Counted from the first letter of the stretch, positions 1 to 10,118 are shown. The stretch is 64,000 nt of DNA from Clostridiales bacterium (GCA_040767605.1 JAXGOI010000001.1:1124607-1188606), one strand, 5' to 3'. Numbers and translations: made by a program. Notes: a model not told the origin generated them from the sequence alone.

Positions 1-2
1 AT

Positions 3-1172
3 ATGCAAACTACCGTAAGCCGGGAAGGCGCAGTGGACCGCTATCAGCTTGCCGCCTCGGAACGCAATATAAGCCTGCTTTTGGTTCGCTTTTTACCCCA
101 TGCCTCTTTAGAGGAAAATGCAGGGTTTTTTAAAGAAATTAATGTTGCTCTGTGGCAGAAGGGCATTATTCAGACAAAACCTTTAAAATTCGGCTTTTTA
201 GAGGCGGGGCGGCTGCCGTTATTAATTATTGCCCTGGGGGTTTTGGCAGGGGCATGGCTTTTGGCAAGAAGCTTCCGTTTGCCCTTATTTTGGGCAAATA
301 TAATGGCTGCTTTAGGTTTTATTGTGGCAGCCGGCCTTTTATTTACCGGCAGGGCGGCGCTTTTTCAAAAGATATTCCCCCTCCTTTCGGTACTGGTTTT
401 CCCTACCCTGGCAATAATTAATTTTATGCCCAGAGCCGGGCTTAAGCCGGGGCAGGCAGTTTTAAGGCTTTTATTAACAACAGCTTTTTCCCTCATAGGG
501 GCCTTATTAATGGTGGGCCTTTTGGCGGACGGCAATTATATGCTTAGCCTTAAAATATTCAGCGGGGTTAAGCTGGCCCATTTAATACCCATACTTTTAG
601 TGGGGGCTTGGTTTCTCTTTTTAAGGGAGGATGAAAACCCGCTTAAAAAAACCTCCCAAACCCTAAACTACCCTCTTACCAATAAATACCTGCTTATATT
701 TGCCGTAATTGCCGGGGTTTTAGGAATATACCTTTTGCGTACCGGTAATGACAGTATGCCCTTGCCCCAATGGGAAAGAGCCTTCAGGGCTTTAATTAAT
801 AAAATTATGTATGTACGGCCAAGAACAAAGGAATTCCTCATCGGCCACCCCATTATGCTTTTACTCTTTTATTTGGGCTATAAAGATAAGTTTTTGCCCT
901 TGCTGCTTTTAGGTACAATCGGGCAGGTATCTTTAGTAAATACCTTTGCCCATATTCATACCCCTTTAATAATCTCAGCCCTGCGTACGGTAAACGGCCT
1001 AATTTTAGGATTTTGCGCCGGATTAATTTTGATTATTATGCTTGGCCTCTCTGTTAGGGCTATAAAAAAATATTGGCCCCCGGCCCAGGAAGGACTTAGT
1101 AAAAAGGGCTTTAGTAAAGAAGGATTCAATAAAGAGGCCCTTAATAAAGCAGGCCTTAAAAAAGAGGGTTAA
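3..1172 (+). CDS. polytopic membrane protein, C-terminal part (5' end cut by window edge); lysine-rich repetitive C-terminal tail
   Basis: ORF open to the window start; multiple hydrophobic helices; sits directly upstream of csaB as membrane proteins often do in SLH/SCWP clusters; family not verifiable by eye. Confidence 0.5.
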   Translation: MQTTVSREGAVDRYQLAASERNISLLLVRFLPHASLEENAGFFKEINVALWQKGIIQTKPLKFGFLEAGRLPLLIIALGVLAGAWLLARSFRLPLFWANIMAALGFIVAAGLLFTGRAALFQKIFPLLSVLVFPTLAIINFMPRAGLKPGQAVLRLLLTTAFSLIGALLMVGLLADGNYMLSLKIFSGVKLAHLIPILLVGAWFLFLREDENPLKKTSQTLNYPLTNKYLLIFAVIAGVLGIYLLRTGNDSMPLPQWERAFRALINKIMYVRPRTKEFLIGHPIMLLLFYLGYKDKFLPLLLLGTIGQVSLVNTFAHIHTPLIISALRTVNGLILGFCAGLILIIMLGLSVRAIKKYWPPAQEGLSKKGFSKEGFNKEALNKAGLKKEG

Positions 1173-1204
1173 AGAAAAAAGCAGAGGTAAAAAGTAGAGA
1201 TAAT

Positions 1205-2341
1205 ATGAAAAACATTCTTCTTACCGGTTATTACGGTTTTGCAAATACCGGAGATGAAGCCGTGCTTCAGGAAATTATTAAAAGGCTGCGGCAGGCTATT
1301 CCCGGCGTAAATATTACGGTGCTTTCCAATTCCCCGAAGGAAACCGCCGCAGCCTATAATGTAAATTCCCTAAACCGCTGGAAAATACTCCGGTTTTGGA
1401 AGGCTTTGCGCCGCCATGATTTACTGGTTTTAGGCGGCGGAAGCCTTTTGCAGGATATTACAGGGAGTAAAAGCCTGTATTATTATTTGGGGCAAATATT
1501 TTTGGCAAGGCTTGCCGGGAGGAAAGTCTTTCTCTATGCTCAGGGCATAGGGCCGATAATTAAAAGTAAAAACCGCTCTTTAGCGGCGCGGATTTTAAAA
1601 AGCTGCGTTTGTATAACCGTAAGGGATGAAAAATCCCAAAGTTTTTTAAGGCAATTAGGGATAAAAGAAGAAAAGCTTTTTTTAACGGCAGACCCTGTTT
1701 TGGCCGTTGAGGATGAGGATATGCCTCCTCCCCTTCCTGTTGGAAAAAAGCTGGGCATTTCTTTAAGGCCCTGGCCCGGGCTGGATACGGCGGCCTATGC
1801 CAAAGCCCTTGATGCTTTGGCCTTCTCCGGCTGGAAAATAGTTTTTTTACCCTTTCAGGAGCCGGCCGATAGAGAAATCTCCCAAAAAATTGCCGGCCAA
1901 ATGCAAGAGCCCTATTATTTGGGGGGAGAATTATTCTCAGCCAATAAAATGTTTTCAGCCATCGGCTGTATGCAGGGGATAATCGGTATGCGCCTTCATT
2001 CTATAATAATGGCGGCGGCGGCCGGAGTGCCTTTTGCGGCAATCAGCTATGACCCAAAAATTAAAGCCTTTTGCCAAAGTTTGGGCTTTGAGCCTGCCGG
2101 GGAGTGCCAAAATATTTCCCCTGAGGAAATTATTAGCGCAGTTGCAGCCCTGGATGAAAACAGGGAAGAATTTATTAAAAATTTAAAAAGTAAAAAAGCC
2201 TTATGGCAAAGGCTTTCTCTGGCCAATAGCATTATGGTTAGGGAATATGCCTTCGGCGCCAAAAGCTTTAGCCTGAAAAGGGCTTTGGAGGCCGTTGCAA
2301 AACAGGAAAGCCAAAGGCCCGGCGGAATGAAGCGGAATTAA
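1205..2341 (+). CDS. csaB: polysaccharide pyruvyl transferase CsaB
   Basis: N-terminus MKNILLTGYYGFANTGDEAVL and overall length typical of CsaB; followed by murJ and tagO as in secondary cell wall polymer clusters. Confidence 0.8.
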   Translation: MKNILLTGYYGFANTGDEAVLQEIIKRLRQAIPGVNITVLSNSPKETAAAYNVNSLNRWKILRFWKALRRHDLLVLGGGSLLQDITGSKSLYYYLGQIFLARLAGRKVFLYAQGIGPIIKSKNRSLAARILKSCVCITVRDEKSQSFLRQLGIKEEKLFLTADPVLAVEDEDMPPPLPVGKKLGISLRPWPGLDTAAYAKALDALAFSGWKIVFLPFQEPADREISQKIAGQMQEPYYLGGELFSANKMFSAIGCMQGIIGMRLHSIIMAAAAGVPFAAISYDPKIKAFCQSLGFEPAGECQNISPEEIISAVAALDENREEFIKNLKSKKALWQRLSLANSIMVREYAFGAKSFSLKRALEAVAKQESQRPGGMKRN

Positions 2342-2360
2342 CCTTTAGGAGGAGCTTAAT

Positions 2361-3914
2361 ATGCCCCCCAGCATAGCAAGGTCGGCAGGGATAATTCTAA
2401 TTATAAATATGGCGGTAAAAATTCTGGGCTTTTTAAGGGAAACTTTTATTGCCCGAGGTTTTGGCGCCACCTGGCTGACGGATTCCTATTTAGTGGCCTA
2501 TACCCTGCCTTATTTTTTACAGGCTATACTAGGCTATGCCCTGGTAACGGTGGTGGTGCCGGTTTTAACCAAATACCGTCTGGAAGAAGACAGCGCCCAA
2601 GCCTCTCTGGTGGGGAGCTCTTTAATTAATTTAATGTCAATTCTTCTGGCGGGGCTTACAATTATCGGCATTATTATTGCGCCGGGGCTGGTGTTTATTA
2701 CGGCCCCCGGGCTTCCCCCCGAGGCGGCGGCTTTAAGTGTTAAGCTGGCCCGGATAATGTTCCCCTCCGTGGTATTTATGGGCGTCGGCATGGTAATTAC
2801 AGGGATTTTAAATTCCGGCTTCCGTTTCGGCTGGGCCGCCTTTGCCCCCGGATGCTCTAATTTAATTATTATTTTGGGGGTGGTCTTTTTCCCCGGGGCA
2901 GGTATTACCGGGCTGGCCTACGCTACCCTTATAAGCTTTTTGGGCCTGCTTTTAATACAGCTCCCCTCTTTAAAGAAAAGCGGCTTTAAATATACTTTGG
3001 TTTGCGATTTTCGCCACCCTGCGGTAAGGGGTGTTCTCAGGGATATCTTACCCATAGTTTTAGGGGTTGCGGTTAATCAAATTTATTTTGCCTTAAACCG
3101 TGTTTTTGCCTCCGGCCTGGCGGAGGGGAGTATTTCGGCTCTTAATTATGCCAGTAAGCTTATGAACCTCCCGGTAGGGATTTTTGTGGCGGCGGTAGCC
3201 TCTGCAATTTACCCTTCCCTTTCCGCCCGGGCTTTAGAAAAAGACGCCGGGCTCCTGGCGGAAACCATGGAAAAGGGCTTAGGGTTAGTGGCTCTGGTGG
3301 CAATCCCCTCGGCGGTGGGTTTAATAGTTTTAAGAAACCCAATAGTTGCCCTGCTTTTTGAAAGGGGCGCCTTTGATGCCCAAGCCACTCAAATAACGGC
3401 CTATGCCCTGTTATTCTTTTGCCTGGGGCTGGTGCCGGTAGCTTTAAACATGGTGCTTACCCGGGCTTATTATGCCTTGGGGGATGTTCGTACCCCGGTT
3501 ATGGTCGGGCTTTTATCTATTATAGCCAATATTATCGCAAGCCTTTTGTTTTTAAAGCCTTTGGGCCATGGAGGGCTGGCTTTGGCTAATTCTCTGGCCG
3601 CCCTTATAAATACGGTTATTTTATATTTAGGGCTGGGGAAAAAGATCCCCGGGCTTATTACCGCCGGTTTTGGGAAGGCCCTTTTAAAAATGCTTTCAGC
3701 CTCTCTTATTATGGCTCTTTGCCTTTATGCTTTTTTGCCCCTTTTAAAAGCCCTTGGGGGCTATGGCTCCGCCTGGCTGGCTTTGCGTATCGGGGTTTTG
3801 GTAGCCCTGGGGGCCGCCGCGTATTTATTGGCGGCATTCTTCTTAAAAGTTAAAGAAATAAAAGAGCTTTTAACCCTGATTAAGCATAAAATTCTTCACT
3901 CCCCCGGAAAGTAG
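2361..3914 (+). CDS. murJ: lipid II flippase MurJ/MviN
   Basis: 517 aa polytopic protein with MurJ-like N-terminal region (ILGFLRETFIARGFGAT...DSYLVAYTLP); SD AGGAGG upstream. Confidence 0.85.
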   Translation: MPPSIARSAGIILIINMAVKILGFLRETFIARGFGATWLTDSYLVAYTLPYFLQAILGYALVTVVVPVLTKYRLEEDSAQASLVGSSLINLMSILLAGLTIIGIIIAPGLVFITAPGLPPEAAALSVKLARIMFPSVVFMGVGMVITGILNSGFRFGWAAFAPGCSNLIIILGVVFFPGAGITGLAYATLISFLGLLLIQLPSLKKSGFKYTLVCDFRHPAVRGVLRDILPIVLGVAVNQIYFALNRVFASGLAEGSISALNYASKLMNLPVGIFVAAVASAIYPSLSARALEKDAGLLAETMEKGLGLVALVAIPSAVGLIVLRNPIVALLFERGAFDAQATQITAYALLFFCLGLVPVALNMVLTRAYYALGDVRTPVMVGLLSIIANIIASLLFLKPLGHGGLALANSLAALINTVILYLGLGKKIPGLITAGFGKALLKMLSASLIMALCLYAFLPLLKALGGYGSAWLALRIGVLVALGAAAYLLAAFFLKVKEIKELLTLIKHKILHSPGK

Positions 3915-4133
3915 GGTAATTTATCCGGGGCTTGACAAATTAAGCCCATAGATGAGAAAATATTAAGCGAATTCCCCAAAAGGGCTTATCCTTTACCTTT
4001 ACACTAAGAAGGATATATCCCCGGGGCGAAGAAATATACTTGGAAGAATATAGCCTATTTGGCTTAGGCAGTTTTAAAAAGAGAGAATTCAAAGATATTC
4101 AAAGACAATTCAAAGGTATTCTAAGGAGGCCCC

Positions 4134-5183
4134 ATGGTTTTTTGGTTGCCTATAATCGGAGGTATGCTGGCGGCGCTTTTTACCACCCCTCTGGCTATAA
4201 AATTTGCCCGTAAATTCGGCGTTGTGGATTTACCCAATGCCCGCAAAGTTCATGAAAAGCCTATGCCCCGTATGGGAGGGATTGCCATATATGCCGGTTT
4301 TATGGTGGGGGCTTTATTGCTCGGCGTATATTCCAGGCAAATGTTTTCCCTGCTGCTTTCCGCCAGTATTGTTATGGGAATAGGCCTTTATGATGATATT
4401 CGGGGTATATCCCCAAAGGGCAAGTTTTTAGCCCAAATTGTAGCCGCCCTGGTTTTTGTTGAAAGCGGAGCTTTAGTTAAATTTATTACAAACCCTTTTA
4501 GCGGGGGGATGATTTCCCTCGGTGTATTTGCCATTCCCTTAACTGTATTGTGGCTTGTGGGGATGAGTAATGCTATTAACCTGGTAGACGGTTTAGACGG
4601 CCTTTCCTCCGGTATAAGTACCATTGCCGCTCTTACAATTTCTGTTGTTTGCTATGCCCGGGGGGATTTTCTCACAAGCGCTCTGGCCGCTATTTTAGCC
4701 GCCGCCGCTTTAGGTTTTTTGCGCTATAATTTTCACCCCGCAAAAACCTTTATGGGGGATTGCGGCTCCCTTTTCCTCGGTTTTATGCTGGGGGCTTTGG
4801 CTGTAATGGGCTTTTCAAAAGGGGCCACGCTAATTTCTATTTTCAGCCCTCTTTTAATTATGGGCATACCCCTTTGCGATACCGTATTTGCTATTTTGCG
4901 GCGGCTTTTTCAAAAGCGCCCGATTTTTCAGGCGGATAAAGGCCATTTGCATCATTGTCTTCTTTCTTATGGTCTTTCCCACAGTCAAACAGTTTTAGTT
5001 ATTTACGGGATAAGCCTTTTAATGGGAATTGCCGCGGTTTTACTGGCAGTGCTTACTACATCTCAGGCTATATTTATTTTAATTATTACTATGGTTTTAA
5101 TCTTTTTAGGAGCCGATAGAATCGGGGTTTTACGGGGCAGAAAAAAAGCGGCTATTCAAAAGCCGTCTAAAAGCAAGATATAG
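4134..5183 (+). CDS. tagO: glycosyltransferase family 4 (MraY/WecA/TagO family) undecaprenyl-phosphate GlcNAc-1-phosphate transferase
   Basis: motifs DDIRGISPK and NAINLVDGLDGL characteristic of the MraY/WecA family; about 11 TM segments. Confidence 0.8.
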   Translation: MVFWLPIIGGMLAALFTTPLAIKFARKFGVVDLPNARKVHEKPMPRMGGIAIYAGFMVGALLLGVYSRQMFSLLLSASIVMGIGLYDDIRGISPKGKFLAQIVAALVFVESGALVKFITNPFSGGMISLGVFAIPLTVLWLVGMSNAINLVDGLDGLSSGISTIAALTISVVCYARGDFLTSALAAILAAAALGFLRYNFHPAKTFMGDCGSLFLGFMLGALAVMGFSKGATLISIFSPLLIMGIPLCDTVFAILRRLFQKRPIFQADKGHLHHCLLSYGLSHSQTVLVIYGISLLMGIAAVLLAVLTTSQAIFILIITMVLIFLGADRIGVLRGRKKAAIQKPSKSKI

Positions 5184-5219
5184 GCCGGCGGTTTAGGCTA
5201 AATTAAAGGAGTGGGATTA

Positions 5220-5723
5220 ATGTCCAAAAACGGTATAGTTATTTTAATCATTGCGGCGCTGGTTTTTCTTGCGACAGGCTTTTTTCTGGGGCAGGCGGCC
5301 ACCGCTCTTATTAATACTCCCGGCTCAGAGGGGGACCCTTTAGTTTCTCAAAGCTATGTGGAAAAGCTGGTAGGGGAAAGAACAGCGGCTATTCAAACCC
5401 AGCTTGAAGAATTGCAGGGAGAAATTAATGAATTAAAAAGCGGGGCGGTAAATACCGCCGCCGGGGATAATAATACCCCGGAACCTCCCGATTCCGGCGG
5501 AGAAAGTACTCCCCCTGCTGTCAGCGGAGCCAAAAAGGTGGAAATTACCGCCAATAGCGTAAACCTCAGAGAAAAACCCAGTACATCCTCGGCAAAAGTA
5601 GGTTCCGCCTCCAAGGGGGATAAATTTAATTATTTAGGCAGCGAAGGGGATTGGTATCAGATTACCTTAAACGACGGCAGCACGGCTTGGGTGGCGTCCT
5701 TTTTGGCAAAGCTGCTGCAATAA
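5220..5723 (+). CDS. membrane-anchored bacterial SH3 domain protein
   Basis: N-terminal TM helix, low-complexity linker, C-terminal SH3b-like segment (GDKFNYLGSEGDWYQITLNDGSTAWV); ATG 5220 preferred over track start because of AAGGAG SD. Confidence 0.6.
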   Translation: MSKNGIVILIIAALVFLATGFFLGQAATALINTPGSEGDPLVSQSYVEKLVGERTAAIQTQLEELQGEINELKSGAVNTAAGDNNTPEPPDSGGESTPPAVSGAKKVEITANSVNLREKPSTSSAKVGSASKGDKFNYLGSEGDWYQITLNDGSTAWVASFLAKLLQ

Positions 5724-5756
5724 GTGTTATTTAAGAGTTTATTTTTAAGCGGATAT

Positions 5757-5793
5757 AATTAAAAGTATAACCTCCACCCGGTGGAGGTTATAC
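5757..5793. terminator. bidirectional Rho-independent terminator (about 16 bp perfect stem flanked by A and T runs)
   Basis: AAAAGTATAACCTCCACC-CGG-GTGGAGGTTATACTTTT read directly. Confidence 0.65.
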
Positions 5794-5920
5794 TTTTAGG
5801 CGGAATATTTGGGGTACATCAAAAGGGGGCGATGTTATTTCTAAAACCAGGGTAGACAGTTTACCTTTAAATTGGGAGGATACTTTACTTTCGGCAGAGC
5901 CCCGGCCCTGCCTGGAGCTT

Positions 5921-6541
5921 TTGCCCTTAATTGAAATGTCTTATAATATAGAAGCCCTCTCTCCTATGGCGGAATTATTAAAAACGGAGGATTTTGCCTT
6001 AAAATTCCGGGTTTTATTGGCCTTTAAACGGATTGAAAGAAGGGAGGCCTTCCCCCTCCTTTACCAATATATTAAAGAAGAAGAAAAAACCCATTGGCGT
6101 TTGGCCGCCCTTTGGGGGGCTGCAGCTTCCCCCCATCAAAAGCGCTGTGAGCTATTGGCGGAGTTTTTAAGGGATAATGATTTATTGTTTTTAAGGGGGT
6201 TGGTTTGGGCTTTGGGCAGCCTGGGTAAAAGCGCCCTTCCTTATTTGGAAGATTTCGCCTCAAGCCAAAGGAGATATAAGGTGCGGGAAGAGGTTTTGGC
6301 GGAAGCCCTGTTTTTAGGGGCGGAAAAGGATTTTAGCCGTTTGGAGAAGGCCTTCCCAAAAAACCCGGCCTTAAAGTGCTTTTGGCAAAGCCGCCTTCTG
6401 CCAAAAGAGCCCCTGCCCAAATACGGCATTTACCCCTATCCTGACTATTTATGGGATAAAGCCGAAAAAGAAGGCCTAAGTAAAAAAGAATTTCAACAAC
6501 TTCACTTTTGGTACCGCAAGCCCCGACATTTTACCAAATAG
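5921..6541 (+). CDS. hypothetical protein, HEAT/armadillo-like repeat
   Basis: helical repeat-like sequence (LLKTEDFALKFRVLLAFKRI...LRGLVWALGSLG); terminator hairpin at 6612-6646. Confidence 0.45.
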   Translation: MPLIEMSYNIEALSPMAELLKTEDFALKFRVLLAFKRIERREAFPLLYQYIKEEEKTHWRLAALWGAAASPHQKRCELLAEFLRDNDLLFLRGLVWALGSLGKSALPYLEDFASSQRRYKVREEVLAEALFLGAEKDFSRLEKAFPKNPALKCFWQSRLLPKEPLPKYGIYPYPDYLWDKAEKEGLSKKEFQQLHFWYRKPRHFTK

Positions 6542-6816
6542 CTAAAAAAAACCCCTTAAGTTAATTGCCAGATAGATAAAGACCGGCAGTTTTATTTAGA
6601 AGAAAGAACCTCTTAAAATAAGGGGTTCTTGTTTTTTTTAAGAGAAATATGGGCTAAAAAGCCTGTTTACTCTCGACTGCTTACGGCAATTTCTTAAAAA
6701 GCCTCATGCTATACTAAAAACAGTAAAAAGCTCCGGGCTTTTGCCGGGGCAGCGGTATTTTGCTTAAAGAGTTTATCCTGCGGGTTTTAAAAAGCTGTAA
6801 GGGAAAGGAAAAGAGT

Positions 6817-7017
6817 ATGCCTTATAAAGTCTGCCCGTCCTGTAATCAAACATCATATTCCGCCGGGGAAAGAGGTATTTGGTATTGCCCTTATTGCGGC
6901 GCGGATATGACATTTTGCAATAGCTGCATCCGCCCCAATAAAGCTGAAAATGCCAACCCCCTTCATGGTAATCCCCCGAATTATTTGCGGATAATCCAAG
7001 AGCCCCATAAGGATTAA
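6817..7017 (+). CDS. small zinc-ribbon protein
   Basis: CPSC...CPYC...CNSC cysteine pairs; start moved to MPYKV with GGAAAGGAAAAG SD; followed by a 10 bp GC-rich inverted repeat at 7031-7068. Confidence 0.45.
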   Translation: MPYKVCPSCNQTSYSAGERGIWYCPYCGADMTFCNSCIRPNKAENANPLHGNPPNYLRIIQEPHKD

Positions 7018-7164
7018 AATGATCCCTTTGTGCCCCGGGCGGCTTTGACTCCCCCAAAGACCGCCCGGGGCGCCTCTCTTAATTAAAAATTTTTCTATTT
7101 CAGGCAAAAGCAAAAGGCTGAGGGCATAGAATAGAAAAATCAGGGTTAAGGGGGCTTAAGCATT

Positions 7165-7554
7165 ATGGGGTTTTTTATCGCGGTTTTTTTGATTTTAGGC
7201 GCTTGGGCTGTATATTTTATATATAAAAGGCTGCCCCCTGTAAGGGAGCTGCCTGTTTTGTATGTAATTGTGGCAAAGGATACCCAAAATACGGAATGGC
7301 TGATTCGCTATATTTTCCGCCAAACAAAAAATTGGCGCTTGAAAATAGTTTGCCCCACCAAAGGGGAAGAAAGGGCTATTTTAGAAAGGCTTAACAGCCA
7401 GTATGGTTTTGAACTTTTAGATATTGCCCCGGCCGGCATGGAATTTAAATTAGAAATAAATAAAAAAAGCAAGCCTAAAGAATTAAAGAAAGAGCTGGGG
7501 CTTTTAAACGCAAAAATAAAAAGAAAGGGAAACCCTCTCCCGCGGAGAATATAA
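7165..7554 (+). CDS. hypothetical membrane-anchored protein
   Basis: single N-terminal TM helix, lysine-rich tail; no recognisable motif. Confidence 0.45.
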   Translation: MGFFIAVFLILGAWAVYFIYKRLPPVRELPVLYVIVAKDTQNTEWLIRYIFRQTKNWRLKIVCPTKGEERAILERLNSQYGFELLDIAPAGMEFKLEINKKSKPKELKKELGLLNAKIKRKGNPLPRRI

Positions 7555-7579
7555 AGAAAAAACCAAAGGGGGCCATAAA

Positions 7580-8311
7580 ATGAGGCTGGGGCATAAAATT
7601 TTATTTATCGGCCGCCAGGTATTCTTCCCGGTTAATTCCTGTCCGGTTTGTAATTGCCCTAATAATTCCCCCGGCCCCTGCGGGGAATGCCTGAAAAAAA
7701 TTAAAAATTTGCCCCGCTGTTCCTGCGGCTTTATTTTGCAAAACAGCTTAATTTGCCCTATTTGCGGGGAAGATAAAAAACTAAGGCCCTTGACCGGCGT
7801 TTTGCCCGGGCTTTTTTATGAGGGGAGCCTAAGGCAAAATATAATTAAGTTTAAATATGGGGGCAAAACTTATTTTGCCCGGCCCTTTGCCGCCCTTTTA
7901 GAGGCCTTAATAAGGGAGTTTTACCCCAAGCTGCAATTTGAGGCAATAGTACCGGTGCCCTTATCTTTTAAAAGAGAGAAAGAAAGAGGGTATAATCAGG
8001 CTGAGCTTTGCGCCGGGTTTTTAGGAAAAGCGCTGGATTTGCCCCATTTCCCTAAGGCTTTAGAGCGGGTAAAGGAAACCCCTCCTTTAGCCGGCCAAAC
8101 AAGGGAGCAAAGGCTTAAATATATGAAAAAGGCCTTTATAGCCGATGCCTCTCAGGTAAAGGGGAAGAGAATTCTTTTATTAGACGATATTTTTACCACC
8201 GGGGCAACAGCCTTCAGCTGCGGCGAGGCTCTTTTAAAAGCCGGCGCCAAAGAGGTTTTTGCCCTTACTTTAGCCTATACCCCGGCGGAGAATAATCAAT
8301 CCACAAGTTAA
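7580..8311 (+). CDS. comFC: ComF family protein (ComFC; double zinc ribbon plus phosphoribosyltransferase domain)
   Basis: N-terminal CxxC x4 zinc ribbons, C-terminal PRTase motif LLDDIFTTGAT; gene order comFC-hpf-secA-prfB as in Bacillus. Confidence 0.8.
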   Translation: MRLGHKILFIGRQVFFPVNSCPVCNCPNNSPGPCGECLKKIKNLPRCSCGFILQNSLICPICGEDKKLRPLTGVLPGLFYEGSLRQNIIKFKYGGKTYFARPFAALLEALIREFYPKLQFEAIVPVPLSFKREKERGYNQAELCAGFLGKALDLPHFPKALERVKETPPLAGQTREQRLKYMKKAFIADASQVKGKRILLLDDIFTTGATAFSCGEALLKAGAKEVFALTLAYTPAENNQSTS

Positions 8312-8548
8312 GCACAATAAATAGAGTTAATCCCCAAAAACATAAGGGTAAAACACAAATTATTAACAATATTATCCACATTTTCCACAGAAAAAGCGGC
8401 TAAAATTCTATTATGGCAACAGAGATTTTAATTAAACAAAAAGAGGAAAAACCTCTTTTTAGGGGAATTCTTTACAGTAGCAAGGCAAAACCTAAACAAA
8501 CTAAACCAAGCTAGACGCCGCTTTTGCGGTTGATAATATATGTAAGGG

Positions 8549-9088
8549 GTGAAGGTTATGAAGGTTAATGTAAAAGCAAGAAATTTGGAAGTAACTTTAG
8601 CTCTCCGTGAATATCTTGAAAAAAGGCTTGCCAAGTTTGAAAAGCTTGTAGGCGCCGAGGAAGCCCAGGCTACATTTTCCGTAATTAAGGACAGGCACCG
8701 TGTGGAGGTAACCATACCCTTAAACGGGCGGATTCTTCGGGGAGAAGAAGAAGGCTATGATATGTATTCTGCTATTGACAGTGTATCAGATAAATTAGAA
8801 AGCCAGGTTCAGCGTTATAAAACCCGCCTTTCCAAAAAGGGCCGGGGCATAACAAAAGATGCCCATCTTGCGGCATTGGTAAGCCAGCCTCATCCGGAAG
8901 AGGAGGATGAATTCCCCGTAAGGGTTAAGCGCTTCCCCTTAAAGCCCATGCCTGTGGAAGAGGCTATTATGCAAATGAACCTTTTAGGGCATAATTTTTT
9001 CCTCTTTTTAAATGCCGACGGGGAGCAAATGAATTTAGTTTATAAGCGCCGGGACGGAAGCTACGGCCTTTTGGCGCCGGAGGTTTAG
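8549..9088 (+). CDS. hpf: ribosome hibernation promoting factor, long form
   Basis: MKVNVKARNLEVT...LREYLEKRL N-terminal domain plus C-terminal dimerisation domain; 179 aa. Confidence 0.9.
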   Translation: MKVMKVNVKARNLEVTLALREYLEKRLAKFEKLVGAEEAQATFSVIKDRHRVEVTIPLNGRILRGEEEGYDMYSAIDSVSDKLESQVQRYKTRLSKKGRGITKDAHLAALVSQPHPEEEDEFPVRVKRFPLKPMPVEEAIMQMNLLGHNFFLFLNADGEQMNLVYKRRDGSYGLLAPEV

Positions 9089-9279
9089 CCTATTGCAATC
9101 CGGCAAATTATTAATGGCAAGGGGCAGTATTAAAAAAGGCTAATATAGGTATATGCGCCTCAAGGCCTAAACCTGCTGTTTTGTTCCGGCAGGATAATAA
9201 AGGCAAGGATATTATTGGAGGAATCCGCAGTTTGTGCTATAATGGCATTAGCAGTTTTAGAATTTGCAGGAGGTTTTAA

Positions 9280-9999
9280 ATGATTAATCAAAGAGAACAA
9301 GTCCTACGCAGTCAATATGAGGATGCCCTTGCCCAAATTGACAGCGTAATGGCTTCTAAAATTACCCTCAATGATGAGGGGGCTATTGCCGGAATAAATA
9401 TTCTTGCCACTGCGGATAGGCTTTCTGAGGATATACTTGAGGATGCGCTTCATGTTTTTCAAACAAAATTCGGCCTGGAAGCGGAGCCTCAATATATTAG
9501 TATTACCCAGGATGATTTAAGCAAGCAATGGGATGCTTATATCGGCAGCAATAAAATTATCCCGGTGGAGCCTCCCCTCAATGGGGCGCCTGCTGCTAAA
9601 CCCTTATTTCCCAGGTTCCGTTTATTATGTGTAAATACCGTTATAACCGGTCTGGAAATGGAGGTTTCGGTTCAAATAGGCTTTATGGGAGAAGTTTTTG
9701 AGGGTACCGTAAGAGGGCCAAAGACTTCCTCCGGAAGGCTGTTTATGGTAGCCGCCGCCACTATGCAGGCTGTCAGCAAGTTTTTAGGGGATAAAGCGGC
9801 TTTAATTGCAGAAGAAGTAGTAAAAACTAAAATGGCCCAGAGAGATTCTATTTTGGCCAGTGTAACCATGATTACCGAAAACGAAGAGGAAACCCTTTTA
9901 GGCTCGGTATTCGTTAAAGAAGACGAAAACGAGGCCGTAAGCAGAGCAGCTTTAGACGCTATTAACCGCAGAATTATGATGCTTGCCGGTAAGGACTGA
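9280..9999 (+). CDS. hypothetical protein (unrecognised family)
   Basis: good SD (GCAGGAGG), 239 aa, acidic; no motif recognised by eye. Confidence 0.55.
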   Translation: MINQREQVLRSQYEDALAQIDSVMASKITLNDEGAIAGINILATADRLSEDILEDALHVFQTKFGLEAEPQYISITQDDLSKQWDAYIGSNKIIPVEPPLNGAPAAKPLFPRFRLLCVNTVITGLEMEVSVQIGFMGEVFEGTVRGPKTSSGRLFMVAAATMQAVSKFLGDKAALIAEEVVKTKMAQRDSILASVTMITENEEETLLGSVFVKEDENEAVSRAALDAINRRIMMLAGKD

Positions 10000-10118
10000 T
10001 TTGTTTTTCCGAAGCTTTGGGGCTGTTTATACCCTTGGGTATGGCAGCCCCTTCTTTATAGCTTTGGTTTCTTTTTTGTGTTTTTAAATGTTTTTGCAGG
10101 AATGTACGGGGTTTTTTC

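Noticed and set aside
2534-2791. Short minus-strand ORFs embedded in long conserved genes (for example 2534-2791 in murJ, 9974-10354 over secA start, 12414-12823 in secA, 50481-50849 in rplK, 52250-52729 in rplL, 20926-21180 in ctpA, 17297-17512 in ftsE)
   Set aside because: Fully overlapped by strongly supported genes on the other strand or in another frame; no SD; typical shadow ORFs.
4087-4121. Possibility that the ATTCAAAG tandem repeats are a CRISPR array or minisatellite
   Set aside because: The repeats are only 8 bp with 2-3 bp spacers, three and a half copies, inside a promoter/5' UTR; CRISPR repeats are 24-48 bp with unique spacers. No cas genes in the window.
8372-8380. Perfect DnaA box TTATCCACA in the comFC-hpf intergenic region
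   Set aside because: Single isolated box with no cluster, no AT-rich unwinding element and no dnaA nearby; not an origin.
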